A DNA stretch of 44,893 nt from a virus (IMGVR_UViG_3300008261_001827:1-44893), one strand, 5' to 3'. Numbered from the stretch's first letter, positions 1 through 9,144 are shown. A program made the numbers and translations. The notes: generated from the sequence alone by a model not told the origin.

Positions 1-19
1 ATAAAGAGTTTAGAAAAAG

Positions 20-27
20 AATAAATA
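20..27 (+). promoter_or_regulatory. Possible T4-type late promoter (variant AATAAATA)
   Basis: One mismatch to TATAAATA, in non-coding DNA upstream of the RCC1 operon. Confidence 0.4.
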
Positions 28-129
28 TACACGACAGCCGAGTATCCTACGTGGACGCGAAGATGGCTTGATGATTGAATCAGTGATCGCCGCTTTGTCT
101 CCAAGTATATATTCTAGAAGGAGATGAGC

Positions 130-375
130 ATGGCAATTAAGATTCAAGGTACGACGATCATTAATGACGTCACCGCATACATAGATATAAATGGCACCAC
201 GGCAATTAAAGTACCAGCCGGTACCCTTTTACAAAGACCGACGGGTGTAACTGGCCAATTAAGATATAACACAACGGACGCAACATTCGAAGGTTTTAAC
301 GGGACTGCGTGGGGCCCGCTAGGGGGTGGTGCTGACGAACTTGCAAGAACTCTGGCAACGTTGGCGCTACCATAA
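130..375 (+). CDS. Small fibre-associated hypothetical protein
   Basis: AGGAG at 119-123 favours ATG 130 over 124; carries a GQLRYN...FEGFNG..W motif typical of T4-like phage fibre proteins; TAATG coupling to the next gene. Confidence 0.7.
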   Translation: MAIKIQGTTIINDVTAYIDINGTTAIKVPAGTLLQRPTGVTGQLRYNTTDATFEGFNGTAWGPLGGGADELARTLATLALP

Positions 376-1724
376 TGACTGTAGGAATACAACCACTCGT
401 AGATGAAGTAAATACAAATGTAGCAGGGGCGTTAACAACCCTAGAGCAGTTGCAACTCGCGAGTGTAATGCAAGATTTTGATCAAGGATTTACAAAGTGC
501 GTAGCTAACTGCGCAGCGCTTCCAGCTGCGGCTGATAACAAAGGTCGTTGGATCTTTCTTCAAGACGTTTGCAGTTATCGTTGGAGCGACGGGACAGCTT
601 GGTCAAGAGATTTTGCTAGTATTGAACAAAATATTGCTTTTTCATTTGGATGCAATGCTGATAACCAGCTGGGTGACAGAACCACAACCAACAGATCTTC
701 TCCAGTGTCAGTCTTAGGTGATGTCTTATACTGGTGTCAGGTGAGCGCTGGTAATGGATTTAATATTGGAGTTCGCAGTGATATGACTGCTTGGGGTTGG
801 GGCTGTAACGCAGGGGGCGAACTAGGTGACTGTACTAGCGTTAATAGAATCATACCTAGGCCAGTCGTTGGTGGCTTTGGTGACTGGTGTCAGGTTAGTG
901 CCGGAGCAAATCATAGTATAGGTGTTCGTCAGAATGGAACTGCTTGGGCCTGGGGGTTGGGATCATGTGGTCAGCTGGGTGATGGAACTTCAGTAAGCAA
1001 GTCTTCTCCAGTATTAGTCGTCGGCGGTTTTACGGACTGGTGTCAAGTAAGCGCCGGTCAACACTTCATACTTGGTGTTCGTCAAAATGGAACGGCCTGG
1101 GGTTGGGGTTGTGGTAGTGGAGGTCGTCTCGGTAACGAAACAACAGTCAATAAATGTTCTCCAGTATCAGTTGTTGGCGGTTTTAGTGACTGGTGTCAGG
1201 TTAGCGCTGGGACCGCTCACAGTCTAGGTGTTCGACAGAACGGGACCGCTTGGGCCTGGGGATGTAATACTTGTGGCCCACTGGGCGACGGCACTACAGT
1301 TGATAAATCTTCTCCTGTGTCAGTCGTAGGTGGCTTTACCGACTGGTGTCAGGTTAGTGCCGGAGCAAATCATAGTCTAGGTGTTCGACAGAATGGAACT
1401 GCTTGGGGTTGGGGTGCTGGCGCTGACGGACGCATTGGTAACGGAACTATAGTTAGTGTATCTTCTCCAGTGTCAGTCGTCGGCGGGTTCACGGACTGGT
1501 GTCAAGTAAGTGCCGGGCTTGGGCACAGTCTAGGCGTTCGCCAAAATGGCACCGCTTGGGCTTGGGGACAGGGTTCAACTGGTCGTCTTGGTGATGGCAC
1601 GGTCGTAAACAAATCTTCTCCAGTGTCAATCGCTGGCGGACTAACCGGTTGGAGATGCGTAAGTATATATACAAATGGTAATCATAGCTTAGCTGTTAGA
1701 TCTGATAGTACGAAGGGTTTTTAA
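375..1724 (+). CDS. RCC1-repeat 7-bladed beta-propeller protein 1
   Basis: Seven 51-aa repeats (AWxWG-x4-GxLGD...KSSPVxVVGGFTDWCQVSAGxxHSLGVRxNGT) after an ~87-aa N-terminal domain. Confidence 0.92.
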   Translation: MTVGIQPLVDEVNTNVAGALTTLEQLQLASVMQDFDQGFTKCVANCAALPAAADNKGRWIFLQDVCSYRWSDGTAWSRDFASIEQNIAFSFGCNADNQLGDRTTTNRSSPVSVLGDVLYWCQVSAGNGFNIGVRSDMTAWGWGCNAGGELGDCTSVNRIIPRPVVGGFGDWCQVSAGANHSIGVRQNGTAWAWGLGSCGQLGDGTSVSKSSPVLVVGGFTDWCQVSAGQHFILGVRQNGTAWGWGCGSGGRLGNETTVNKCSPVSVVGGFSDWCQVSAGTAHSLGVRQNGTAWAWGCNTCGPLGDGTTVDKSSPVSVVGGFTDWCQVSAGANHSLGVRQNGTAWGWGAGADGRIGNGTIVSVSSPVSVVGGFTDWCQVSAGLGHSLGVRQNGTAWAWGQGSTGRLGDGTVVNKSSPVSIAGGLTGWRCVSIYTNGNHSLAVRSDSTKGF

Positions 1725-1725
1725 T

Positions 1726-3039
1726 ATGAACGTAACGAATCTAATACTCAATCTTAAATCAAAAATCGGCGATGCTACGATTGATCAGCAGATGCTTTCA
1801 AAAGCAATAAAATTGTTAGAACTTGGTACTATTGAATCAGTTTCATCATTTTCAAGTCTTCCGAACGCTGCTACAACAGGCAGAGATAAATTATACTTGG
1901 TTGAGTTTGACGGCCTATACAAAACTAACGGAACTTATTGGGCGCCTTTTGCTCAGGATTTTTCACCAGCTTTTTCCTGGGGATGTAATACTTGTGGCCC
2001 ACTGGGCGACGGCACTACAGTTGATAAGTCTTCTCCAGTGTCAGTCGTTGGTGGCTTTACCGACTGGTGTCAGGTAGATGCAGGTCACAACCATAGTCTA
2101 GGAGTTCGTACTAACGGAACTGCTTGGGCTTGGGGTCAAGGCACAAATGGTCGCCTTGGTGACAACACAAACGTTTCAAAATCTTCGCCTGTGTTAGTCT
2201 CTGGAGGATTTAGTGACTGGTGTCAGGTAAGCGTTGGATATATGCATAGTATAGGAGTTCGACAGAACGGGACCGCTTGGGCTTGGGGTGCTGGTATTGG
2301 CGGACAACTTGGTGATAATACAATAGTTGATAAGTCTTCTCCTGTGTCAGTCGTTGGTGGATTTACAGACTGGTGTCAAGTAAGTGCTGGGGAATGCTAC
2401 AATTTAGGAGTGCGCCAAGGTGGGGGCGCTTGGGCGTGGGGATCGGCAATCAACGGGAAACTAGGCGACGGAACAACAGTCGGTAAATCTTCGCCAGTAT
2501 TAGTAGCAGGCGGTTTTAGTGACTGGTGTCAGGTAGATGCAGGTAACTACCATAGTCTAGGAGTTCGACAGAACGGGACTGCTTGGGCTTGGGGCACTGG
2601 TTGCCGTGGGCAGGTTGGTGACGGAACAACAGTTAATAAATCTTCTCCTGTGTTAGTCGTAGGTGGCTTTACCGACTGGTGTCAGGTTAGTGCCGGATTT
2701 GTTCACAGCATAGGAGTTCGTCAGAATGGAACCCTGTGGGCATGGGGGCAAGGGGTAGGAGGTCTACTAGGTGATAACACTGTAGTTGCTAAATCTTCTC
2801 CAGTGTCAGTCGTTGGAGGTTTTACAGATTGGTGCCAAGTGAGTGCTGGAGGTGTTCACAGTTTGGGTATTCGCACAAATGGAACAGCTTGGGCTTGGGG
2901 TTGCGGCACAAATGGTCGCCTTGGTGATAATACAACAGTTAATAAATCTTCGCCTGTGTTAGTCTCTGGAGGATTTAGTGACTGGTGTCAGGTAAGTACT
3001 TTTGTCACTAGCGCAGCAATTAGGAGAACGAATGTATGA
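1726..3039 (+). CDS. RCC1-repeat beta-propeller protein 2
   Basis: Seven RCC1 repeats plus N-terminal helical domain. Confidence 0.92.
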   Translation: MNVTNLILNLKSKIGDATIDQQMLSKAIKLLELGTIESVSSFSSLPNAATTGRDKLYLVEFDGLYKTNGTYWAPFAQDFSPAFSWGCNTCGPLGDGTTVDKSSPVSVVGGFTDWCQVDAGHNHSLGVRTNGTAWAWGQGTNGRLGDNTNVSKSSPVLVSGGFSDWCQVSVGYMHSIGVRQNGTAWAWGAGIGGQLGDNTIVDKSSPVSVVGGFTDWCQVSAGECYNLGVRQGGGAWAWGSAINGKLGDGTTVGKSSPVLVAGGFSDWCQVDAGNYHSLGVRQNGTAWAWGTGCRGQVGDGTTVNKSSPVLVVGGFTDWCQVSAGFVHSIGVRQNGTLWAWGQGVGGLLGDNTVVAKSSPVSVVGGFTDWCQVSAGGVHSLGIRTNGTAWAWGCGTNGRLGDNTTVNKSSPVLVSGGFSDWCQVSTFVTSAAIRRTNV

Positions 3040-4406
3040 ACTTAGCACAATTTCAAATATTACTCCAAAAAGCAATCGACAGTTCAAGTAATACACTCGA
3101 TTACCTATTTCTATCAAGAGCAGTCCAAACTCTAGCCGTAGGACAGGTAAGAGAAGTTGCCACATACGCAAACTTACCTTCAGCTGCATCTAACGAAGGA
3201 CTGTTAGTATTCGTAACGGCGGATGAAAGGATTTATTGGAGTACTGGAACTGGCTGGTATAATCTTATCGATGAAAATAAAGGAATTGCGTATGCATGGG
3301 GTGGTGGGGGCAGAGGTAAACTAGGTGATAATACAGAAGTCAATAAATCTTCTCCAGTTTCAGTCATTGGTAGCTTTACAGACTGGTGTCAAGTAAGCGC
3401 CGGTGGTAGTCACAGTATTGGCCTTCGCTCTAACGGAACTGTCTGGGCATGGGGGTGTAGTGCATATGGCCGCCTCGGTGATAACTGCACTGTTCTACCA
3501 AGTTCTTCTGGTAGATCTTCACCAGTATCAGTAGTCGGCGGTTTTACAGACTGGTGTTATGTAAGTGCCGGGGATGACCACAACTTAGGTGTTCGTACTA
3601 ATGGAACTGCATGGGGTTGGGGAAACCCGTGCCATGGGGTACTAGGTAACAACTTCAACGGTTCCATTAATGTTATTGATGGAACCGGTGGTTTCTCTTC
3701 TCCAGTGTCAGTCGTTGGTGGCTTTACAGACTGGTGCCAAGTGAGCGCTGGGGGCAGTCACAGTCTAGGTGTTCGACGGAACGGGACCGCTTGGGCTTGG
3801 GGATGCGGTAGTTACGGTCTTCTTGGCGATGGCACTACAGTATGCAAGTCTTCTCCAGTATTAGTCGTCGGCGGTTTTACGGACTGGTGTCAGGTAGATG
3901 CAGGTGGCGGTCGCAACTTAGGTGTTCGCCAAAATGGAACTGCATGGGGTTGGGGTTGCGGCTCCAATGGTCGCCTTGGTGACGGAACAACAGTTAATAA
4001 ATCTTCTCCAGTGTCAGTAGTTGGAGGCTTTACCGACTGGTGTCAGGTTAGCGCTGGGTCCGCTCACAGTCTAGGTGTTCGTACTAACGGAACCGCTTGG
4101 GCGTGGGGAGCGGCTTTCTGCGGGAAACTAGGCGACGGAACAACAGTCAATAAATCTTCGCCAGTATCAGTCGTCGGTGGGTTCTTTGACTGGTGTCAGG
4201 TTAGTGCCGGAGCAAATCATAGTCTAGGTGTTCGCCAGAATGGAACCGCTTGGGCATGGGGAATTGCTGCTTGCGGCGTTTTAGGATCTGGTGCGCCTGC
4301 CAATGCATCTTCTCCAGTATCAGTCGTCGGTGGCTTTACAGACTGGTGTCAAGTAAGCGCTAGCAATTATCACAGCTTAGCTCTAAGAAGAACAAATTTC
4401 GTATAA
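3036..4406 (+). CDS. RCC1-repeat beta-propeller protein 3
   Basis: Seven RCC1 repeats, two with loop insertions; ATGA overlap with upstream gene. Confidence 0.92.
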   Translation: MNLAQFQILLQKAIDSSSNTLDYLFLSRAVQTLAVGQVREVATYANLPSAASNEGLLVFVTADERIYWSTGTGWYNLIDENKGIAYAWGGGGRGKLGDNTEVNKSSPVSVIGSFTDWCQVSAGGSHSIGLRSNGTVWAWGCSAYGRLGDNCTVLPSSSGRSSPVSVVGGFTDWCYVSAGDDHNLGVRTNGTAWGWGNPCHGVLGNNFNGSINVIDGTGGFSSPVSVVGGFTDWCQVSAGGSHSLGVRRNGTAWAWGCGSYGLLGDGTTVCKSSPVLVVGGFTDWCQVDAGGGRNLGVRQNGTAWGWGCGSNGRLGDGTTVNKSSPVSVVGGFTDWCQVSAGSAHSLGVRTNGTAWAWGAAFCGKLGDGTTVNKSSPVSVVGGFFDWCQVSAGANHSLGVRQNGTAWAWGIAACGVLGSGAPANASSPVSVVGGFTDWCQVSASNYHSLALRRTNFV

Positions 4407-4430
4407 TGATAATTACAAAGGAGAAAATAA

Positions 4431-5072
4431 ATGTATGCAGTAGTTTATAACGATAGAGTAATTGTCGGACCAATGGATTGGAACCGCGCAATTTTTCAAG
4501 GATCTCTAGAAAAAGAAAATGTCACGGCTGGCATTCCTAGAGTAGCGCCAGAAACTCTTCCATATATTATTAATGAAGACACAAGAATTGCACTAGTAGA
4601 AGAACAGAGACCAGAAATCAATCCTATGGTAGAATACTACTATGGACCACAGTGGGATCTTTCCGGTGACAAGGCGGTCGCAGTATATGAAGTAGTAGAT
4701 ACACTAGTTGATTTCGCTCGCGATAATTTTAAAACTAAAGCGGCCGAAGCAAGATGGAAAAAAGAAACAGCTGGAACGAAAATAAATATACAAGGTACCG
4801 AAGTTAGTCTAGATACTAGCCGTGACGGAAGAAATATTTTCATACAGAAGTATTCTATTATGACGGAAGAAGAAGTTGCAAATTGGAAATTCCCAGAAGG
4901 TTGGCTCACTCTTACAAAGAGCGATCTTGGTTCTATTGTTTCTGCCGGTTCGAGTTATATTCAAAGTTGCTTTGACTGGGAGAAAACAATTAATGATGAA
5001 ATTAATGCAGCGACATCAAAAGAAGAATTGGTATCTATTGGTGAACAAATAGCGGAACAGATGGTAGAATAA
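4431..5072 (+). CDS. DUF4376-like protein (putative fibre assembly/accessory factor)
   Basis: AAGGAG RBS; C-terminal AEARWKKETAG...DTSRDGR...NWKF..GWLTLT...IQSCFDWE...INAA pattern matches DUF4376 phage proteins. Confidence 0.7.
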   Translation: MYAVVYNDRVIVGPMDWNRAIFQGSLEKENVTAGIPRVAPETLPYIINEDTRIALVEEQRPEINPMVEYYYGPQWDLSGDKAVAVYEVVDTLVDFARDNFKTKAAEARWKKETAGTKINIQGTEVSLDTSRDGRNIFIQKYSIMTEEEVANWKFPEGWLTLTKSDLGSIVSAGSSYIQSCFDWEKTINDEINAATSKEELVSIGEQIAEQMVE

Positions 5073-5073
5073 T

Positions 5074-6438
5074 ATGCCCCCAATCGATAAACCAGGTTTG
5101 GTATCAAAACTAACGACCGTAGTTAATACTGCGTATGAAACCGGGTCATATCTTGTTGAAGACGTATTAGCAACATCTTTATCTATGACTGCACTGAGTG
5201 AGATTAATATTGTCACTGTATCTGACGTACTTTCATTGCCGAATCTTAAATATTACGATTCGCCAAACGCAATGATCTATTACGTTAACGATATAGACGT
5301 ATTTGCGGTAAGTTCTAATTTTAAGTGGCTAACACTTGACGGCAGGCTTCTAAGGCAGGATACCACATACGGAAAAATTTGGTCTTGGGGAAATAACAAT
5401 CTTGGCCAACTAGGTGATAGTACAGCAGTTTCTAAATCGTCTCCGGTATCAACTGCACCATCTGGTTGGTGTCAGTTAAGCGCTGGCGAATGTCATAGTT
5501 TGGCCGTCTGTACAAATGGTACAGCATGGGCTTGGGGTTCAAACTTTTTAGGTAAACTTGGTGACAATACTGCTGTCACCAAGTCTTCTCCAGTGTCAGT
5601 AGTTGGCGGCTTCACAGACTGGTGCCAAGTTAGTGCTGGGAACTATCATAGTCTAGGTGTTCGCACTAATGGAACGGCTTGGGCTTGGGGGGCAAACACT
5701 TTTGGGCAGCTAGGTGACTGCACTACAGTCGCAAAGTCTTCACCAGTATCAGTAATTAGCGGTATTACAGGGTGGTGTCGTGTAAGCGCAGGCACACTGT
5801 TTAGTATCGGAATTAGAGCAAACGGTGAAGCGTTTGGTTGGGGCAATGCCGGGTCTGGCCGTCTTGGGGATGGTACCACAGTTTCTAAATCTTCGCCTGC
5901 TCTAATTTCTGGAGGATTTAATAACTGGTGTCAGGTTAGTGCTGGCGGAGGTCATGCACTAGGAGTGCGTACCAATTCATCCGTTTGGGCTTGGGGAGGA
6001 AACTCTTTCGGTCAACTCGGTGATAACACGGTAGTTTCTAAATCTTCTCCAGTACAAGTAGTCGGTGGTTTTAATAACTGGCGCGAGGTAAGCGCTGGTG
6101 GGTGTCACAGCCTTGGCCGCAGATCTGATGGAACTTTATATGCCTGGGGGAATGGTTGCTGCGGCAACCTCGGAGACAACTGCACAGTTTCCAGATCATC
6201 TCCAGTGTCAGTCTCTGGAGGATTTACAGACTGGTGCCAAGTAAGCGCAGGATGCTGCCATAATATAGGTGTTAGAACTAATGGCACAGTCTGGGCTTGG
6301 GGTGTCGGGACATGTGGTCGTCTAGGAGACAATGCTGTCGCTAATAGATCTTCGCCAGTATCAGTCGTTGGTGGCTTTACAAGCTGGTGCGCGGTTAGTG
6401 CAGGTAACGACCATAGTCTAGGGATAATAAGCTTATGA
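5074..6438 (+). CDS. RCC1-repeat beta-propeller protein 4
   Basis: Seven RCC1 repeats plus N-terminal domain. Confidence 0.92.
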   Translation: MPPIDKPGLVSKLTTVVNTAYETGSYLVEDVLATSLSMTALSEINIVTVSDVLSLPNLKYYDSPNAMIYYVNDIDVFAVSSNFKWLTLDGRLLRQDTTYGKIWSWGNNNLGQLGDSTAVSKSSPVSTAPSGWCQLSAGECHSLAVCTNGTAWAWGSNFLGKLGDNTAVTKSSPVSVVGGFTDWCQVSAGNYHSLGVRTNGTAWAWGANTFGQLGDCTTVAKSSPVSVISGITGWCRVSAGTLFSIGIRANGEAFGWGNAGSGRLGDGTTVSKSSPALISGGFNNWCQVSAGGGHALGVRTNSSVWAWGGNSFGQLGDNTVVSKSSPVQVVGGFNNWREVSAGGCHSLGRRSDGTLYAWGNGCCGNLGDNCTVSRSSPVSVSGGFTDWCQVSAGCCHNIGVRTNGTVWAWGVGTCGRLGDNAVANRSSPVSVVGGFTSWCAVSAGNDHSLGIISL

Positions 6439-7793
6439 TAAATTCACAAAATCTCGTAAATAAAATTTGTGCTTGCATAAGCGGGGGCGGGCTTACAGCG
6501 TTACAAACTTGCCAAACAAACGGTGCCCTAACTATTCTAAGTAATCCTGTATCTAGCGTAGCAAGTTTTGCTAACTTGCCAAACGCAGTAACATACGCAG
6601 GAAGACTGATATATGTTAATGATGAAAACCGCTATTATCACGCGGTAGACGGATATTGGTTTAATAATCTCACTAGTGAAGTTTTTAACTATCGCCCAGA
6701 CATTTATGCTTGGGGATATAATGCCACAGGTGGGCTTGGCGACGGAACCGTAGTCAACAGATCTTCTCCAGTATCAGTCGTTGGCGGCTTTACAGATTGG
6801 TGTAATGTAAGTGCCGGATACCTCCACGGTTTAGGTGTTCGTACTAATGGAACCGCTTGGGCATGGGGGAATGGGTCATGCGGGCGTCTCGGTGATAACA
6901 CATCGGTGAATAAATCTTCTCCAGTATCAGTTGTTGGCGGCTTTACAGACTGGTGTCAAGTGAGCGCTGGGAACGCTCATAGTCTAGGTGTTCGTACTAA
7001 TGGAACTGCTTGGGCATGGGGTCCTGGGACATACGGTCGCCTCGGTGACAACAGCACAGTTTCCAGATCATCTCCAGTATCAGTTGTTGGCGGCTTTACA
7101 GACTGGAGTCAAGTAAGCGCTGGGGGCAGTCACAGTCTAGGTATTCGACGAAATGGAACGACTTGGGCATGGGGGAATGGGTCATGCGGGCGTCTCGGTG
7201 ACGGAACAACAGTTGCTAAATCTTCTCCTGTGTCAGTCGTTGGTGGATTTACAGACTGGTGCCAAGTAAGCGCTGGGCGCGGCATATTGGGCACTCACAG
7301 TCTAGGTGTTCGTACTAATGGAACTGCATGGGCTTGGGGGGATGGAACATGCGGTCGCCTTGGTAATAATACAATAGTCAACAGATCTTCCCCAGTATCA
7401 GTCGTTGGCGGCTTTACCGACTGGTGTCAGGTTAGTGCCGGAGCAAATCATAGTCTAGGTGTTCGACAGAACGGGACCGCTTGGGCTTGGGGAACTGCAT
7501 TCTGCGGCGTTCTTGGCGACAACACGATAGTTTCAAAATCTTCTCCAGTGTCAGTCGTCGGCGGGTTCACGGACTGGTGTCAAGTAAGCGCAGGCGAAAC
7601 TCATAATCTAGGATTAAGAACTAATGGAACACTGTGGGCGTGGGGTTCTAACACCCAAGGTCGTCTAGGGGATAATACTATTACAGCTAAGTCTTCGCCA
7701 GTGTCAATCGTAGGTGGACTAACTGGCTGGTGTCAAATAAGCGCTAACCTTTGCTCTAGCATGGCTATTCGCCAATCACGGAAAGGATTTTAA
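6435..7793 (+). CDS. RCC1-repeat beta-propeller protein 5
   Basis: Seven RCC1 repeats; ATGA overlap; C-terminus ends KGF like protein 1. Confidence 0.92.
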   Translation: MINSQNLVNKICACISGGGLTALQTCQTNGALTILSNPVSSVASFANLPNAVTYAGRLIYVNDENRYYHAVDGYWFNNLTSEVFNYRPDIYAWGYNATGGLGDGTVVNRSSPVSVVGGFTDWCNVSAGYLHGLGVRTNGTAWAWGNGSCGRLGDNTSVNKSSPVSVVGGFTDWCQVSAGNAHSLGVRTNGTAWAWGPGTYGRLGDNSTVSRSSPVSVVGGFTDWSQVSAGGSHSLGIRRNGTTWAWGNGSCGRLGDGTTVAKSSPVSVVGGFTDWCQVSAGRGILGTHSLGVRTNGTAWAWGDGTCGRLGNNTIVNRSSPVSVVGGFTDWCQVSAGANHSLGVRQNGTAWAWGTAFCGVLGDNTIVSKSSPVSVVGGFTDWCQVSAGETHNLGLRTNGTLWAWGSNTQGRLGDNTITAKSSPVSIVGGLTGWCQISANLCSSMAIRQSRKGF

Positions 7794-9128
7794 ATGGCTA
7801 CGCAAGATGACATAAACAACTTTACTTCTAGTAATTCTGTCGGATGCTTTTTAAAGCTAGCAGCACAAACATACGTTGATACTACGAATAGAAGTATTTC
7901 TGTTGCGACCGTAGACGATCTTCCGGACTTAAGCGGTAATACTATTATACCAGGAACTATATTTTACGTTGAAAGTTTGGGTGTTCCAGTAATTGCGCAA
8001 GTCGGGTGCTGGAGCGGATTGGATAACCGTCAGTTAAGAAGCGATTTTAATACGAATTTAATTTACGCGTGGGGGTTTCCTACTTCAGGACGCCTAGGTG
8101 ATAATACTACTGTGTCTAAATCTTCTCCAGTGTTAGTCGCTGGAGGGTTTAATGACTGGCAAGCAGTAAGCGGCACTGGCTCGCATGCCTTAGGCATACG
8201 TTCTAATGGAATCGCTTGGGCTTGGGGTGCTGGTACTTCTGGAGAACTTGGTGATAATACAACAGTTGATAAATCTTCTCCAGTGTCAGTCGTTGGTGGC
8301 TTTACAGACTGGTGTCAAGTAAGCGGTGGTGGTGTTCACAGTTTGGGTATTCGTACTAATGGAACTGCATGGGGTTGGGGCGCAAACACTTTTGGCAATA
8401 TTGGTGATAACACCGGTGGTGGTAAATCTTCTCCTGTGTCAGTCGTAGGTGGCTTTACAGACTGGTGTCAAGTGAGCGCTGGGAACGCTCACAGTCTAGG
8501 TGTTCGTACTAATGGAACTGCATGGGGTTGGGGATGTAATACTGGCGGTGGACAACTTGGCGACAACACGACAGCGACTAAATCATCACCAGTATCGGTT
8601 GTTGGCGGCTTTACAGACTGGTGCCAAGTAAGTGCGTCGGTGCACAGTCTAGGTGTTCGCCAAAATGGCACCGCCTGGGCTTGGGGGGATGGAGCATGCG
8701 GGCGTCTTGGTGATTACACTACAGTTGCTAAATCTTCTCCAGTGTTAGTCGTCGGCGGGTTCACGGACTGGTGTCAAGTAAGCGCAGCAAGATGCCATAG
8801 TCTAGGTGTTCGACAGAACGGGACCGCTTGGGCTTGGGGTCTTGGAACTGACGGCCGTCTCGGTGACAACACTGTAGCTGCCAAATCTTCTCCAGTGTCA
8901 GTCGTCGGTGGCTTTACGAACTGGTGTCAGGTGGCTACAGGCTGCACCCACAGCATAGGTGTCCGACAGAACGGAACTGTCTGGTCTTGGGGTGACAACA
9001 CCTTTGGACAACTAGGTCACGGCACTTTGGTTGCTAGATCTTCTCCAGTGTCAGTTGCTGGTGGGTTAACCGGCTGGAGTCAAGTTAGCGCAGGCATAGT
9101 GTTCAGCACAGCCGTAAGAGCAGTATAG
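7794..9128 (+). CDS. RCC1-repeat beta-propeller protein 6
   Basis: Seven RCC1 repeats plus N-terminal domain. Confidence 0.92.
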   Translation: MATQDDINNFTSSNSVGCFLKLAAQTYVDTTNRSISVATVDDLPDLSGNTIIPGTIFYVESLGVPVIAQVGCWSGLDNRQLRSDFNTNLIYAWGFPTSGRLGDNTTVSKSSPVLVAGGFNDWQAVSGTGSHALGIRSNGIAWAWGAGTSGELGDNTTVDKSSPVSVVGGFTDWCQVSGGGVHSLGIRTNGTAWGWGANTFGNIGDNTGGGKSSPVSVVGGFTDWCQVSAGNAHSLGVRTNGTAWGWGCNTGGGQLGDNTTATKSSPVSVVGGFTDWCQVSASVHSLGVRQNGTAWAWGDGACGRLGDYTTVAKSSPVLVVGGFTDWCQVSAARCHSLGVRQNGTAWAWGLGTDGRLGDNTVAAKSSPVSVVGGFTNWCQVATGCTHSIGVRQNGTVWSWGDNTFGQLGHGTLVARSSPVSVAGGLTGWSQVSAGIVFSTAVRAV

Positions 9129-9144
9129 CATCATAGTTTTTTTG

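Larger units (their letters stand above)
636..9125 (+). repeat. Coding repeat family with ~153-nt unit (42 RCC1 blades in six genes)
   Basis: Period 153 nt (TGG of WCQ at 732 and 885); recurring core aaatcttctccagtgtcagtcgttggtggctttacagactggtgtca. Confidence 0.95.

Noticed and set aside
636-9125. CRISPR array or non-coding tandem repeat
   Set aside because: Repeats are in-frame 153-nt coding units of RCC1 blades, with no repeat-spacer structure and no cas genes
375-9128. Diversity-generating retroelement acting on the RCC1 genes
   Set aside because: No reverse transcriptase or Avd in the window, no non-coding template repeat, and the variable codons are not an adenine-only pattern; a distant RT elsewhere cannot be excluded
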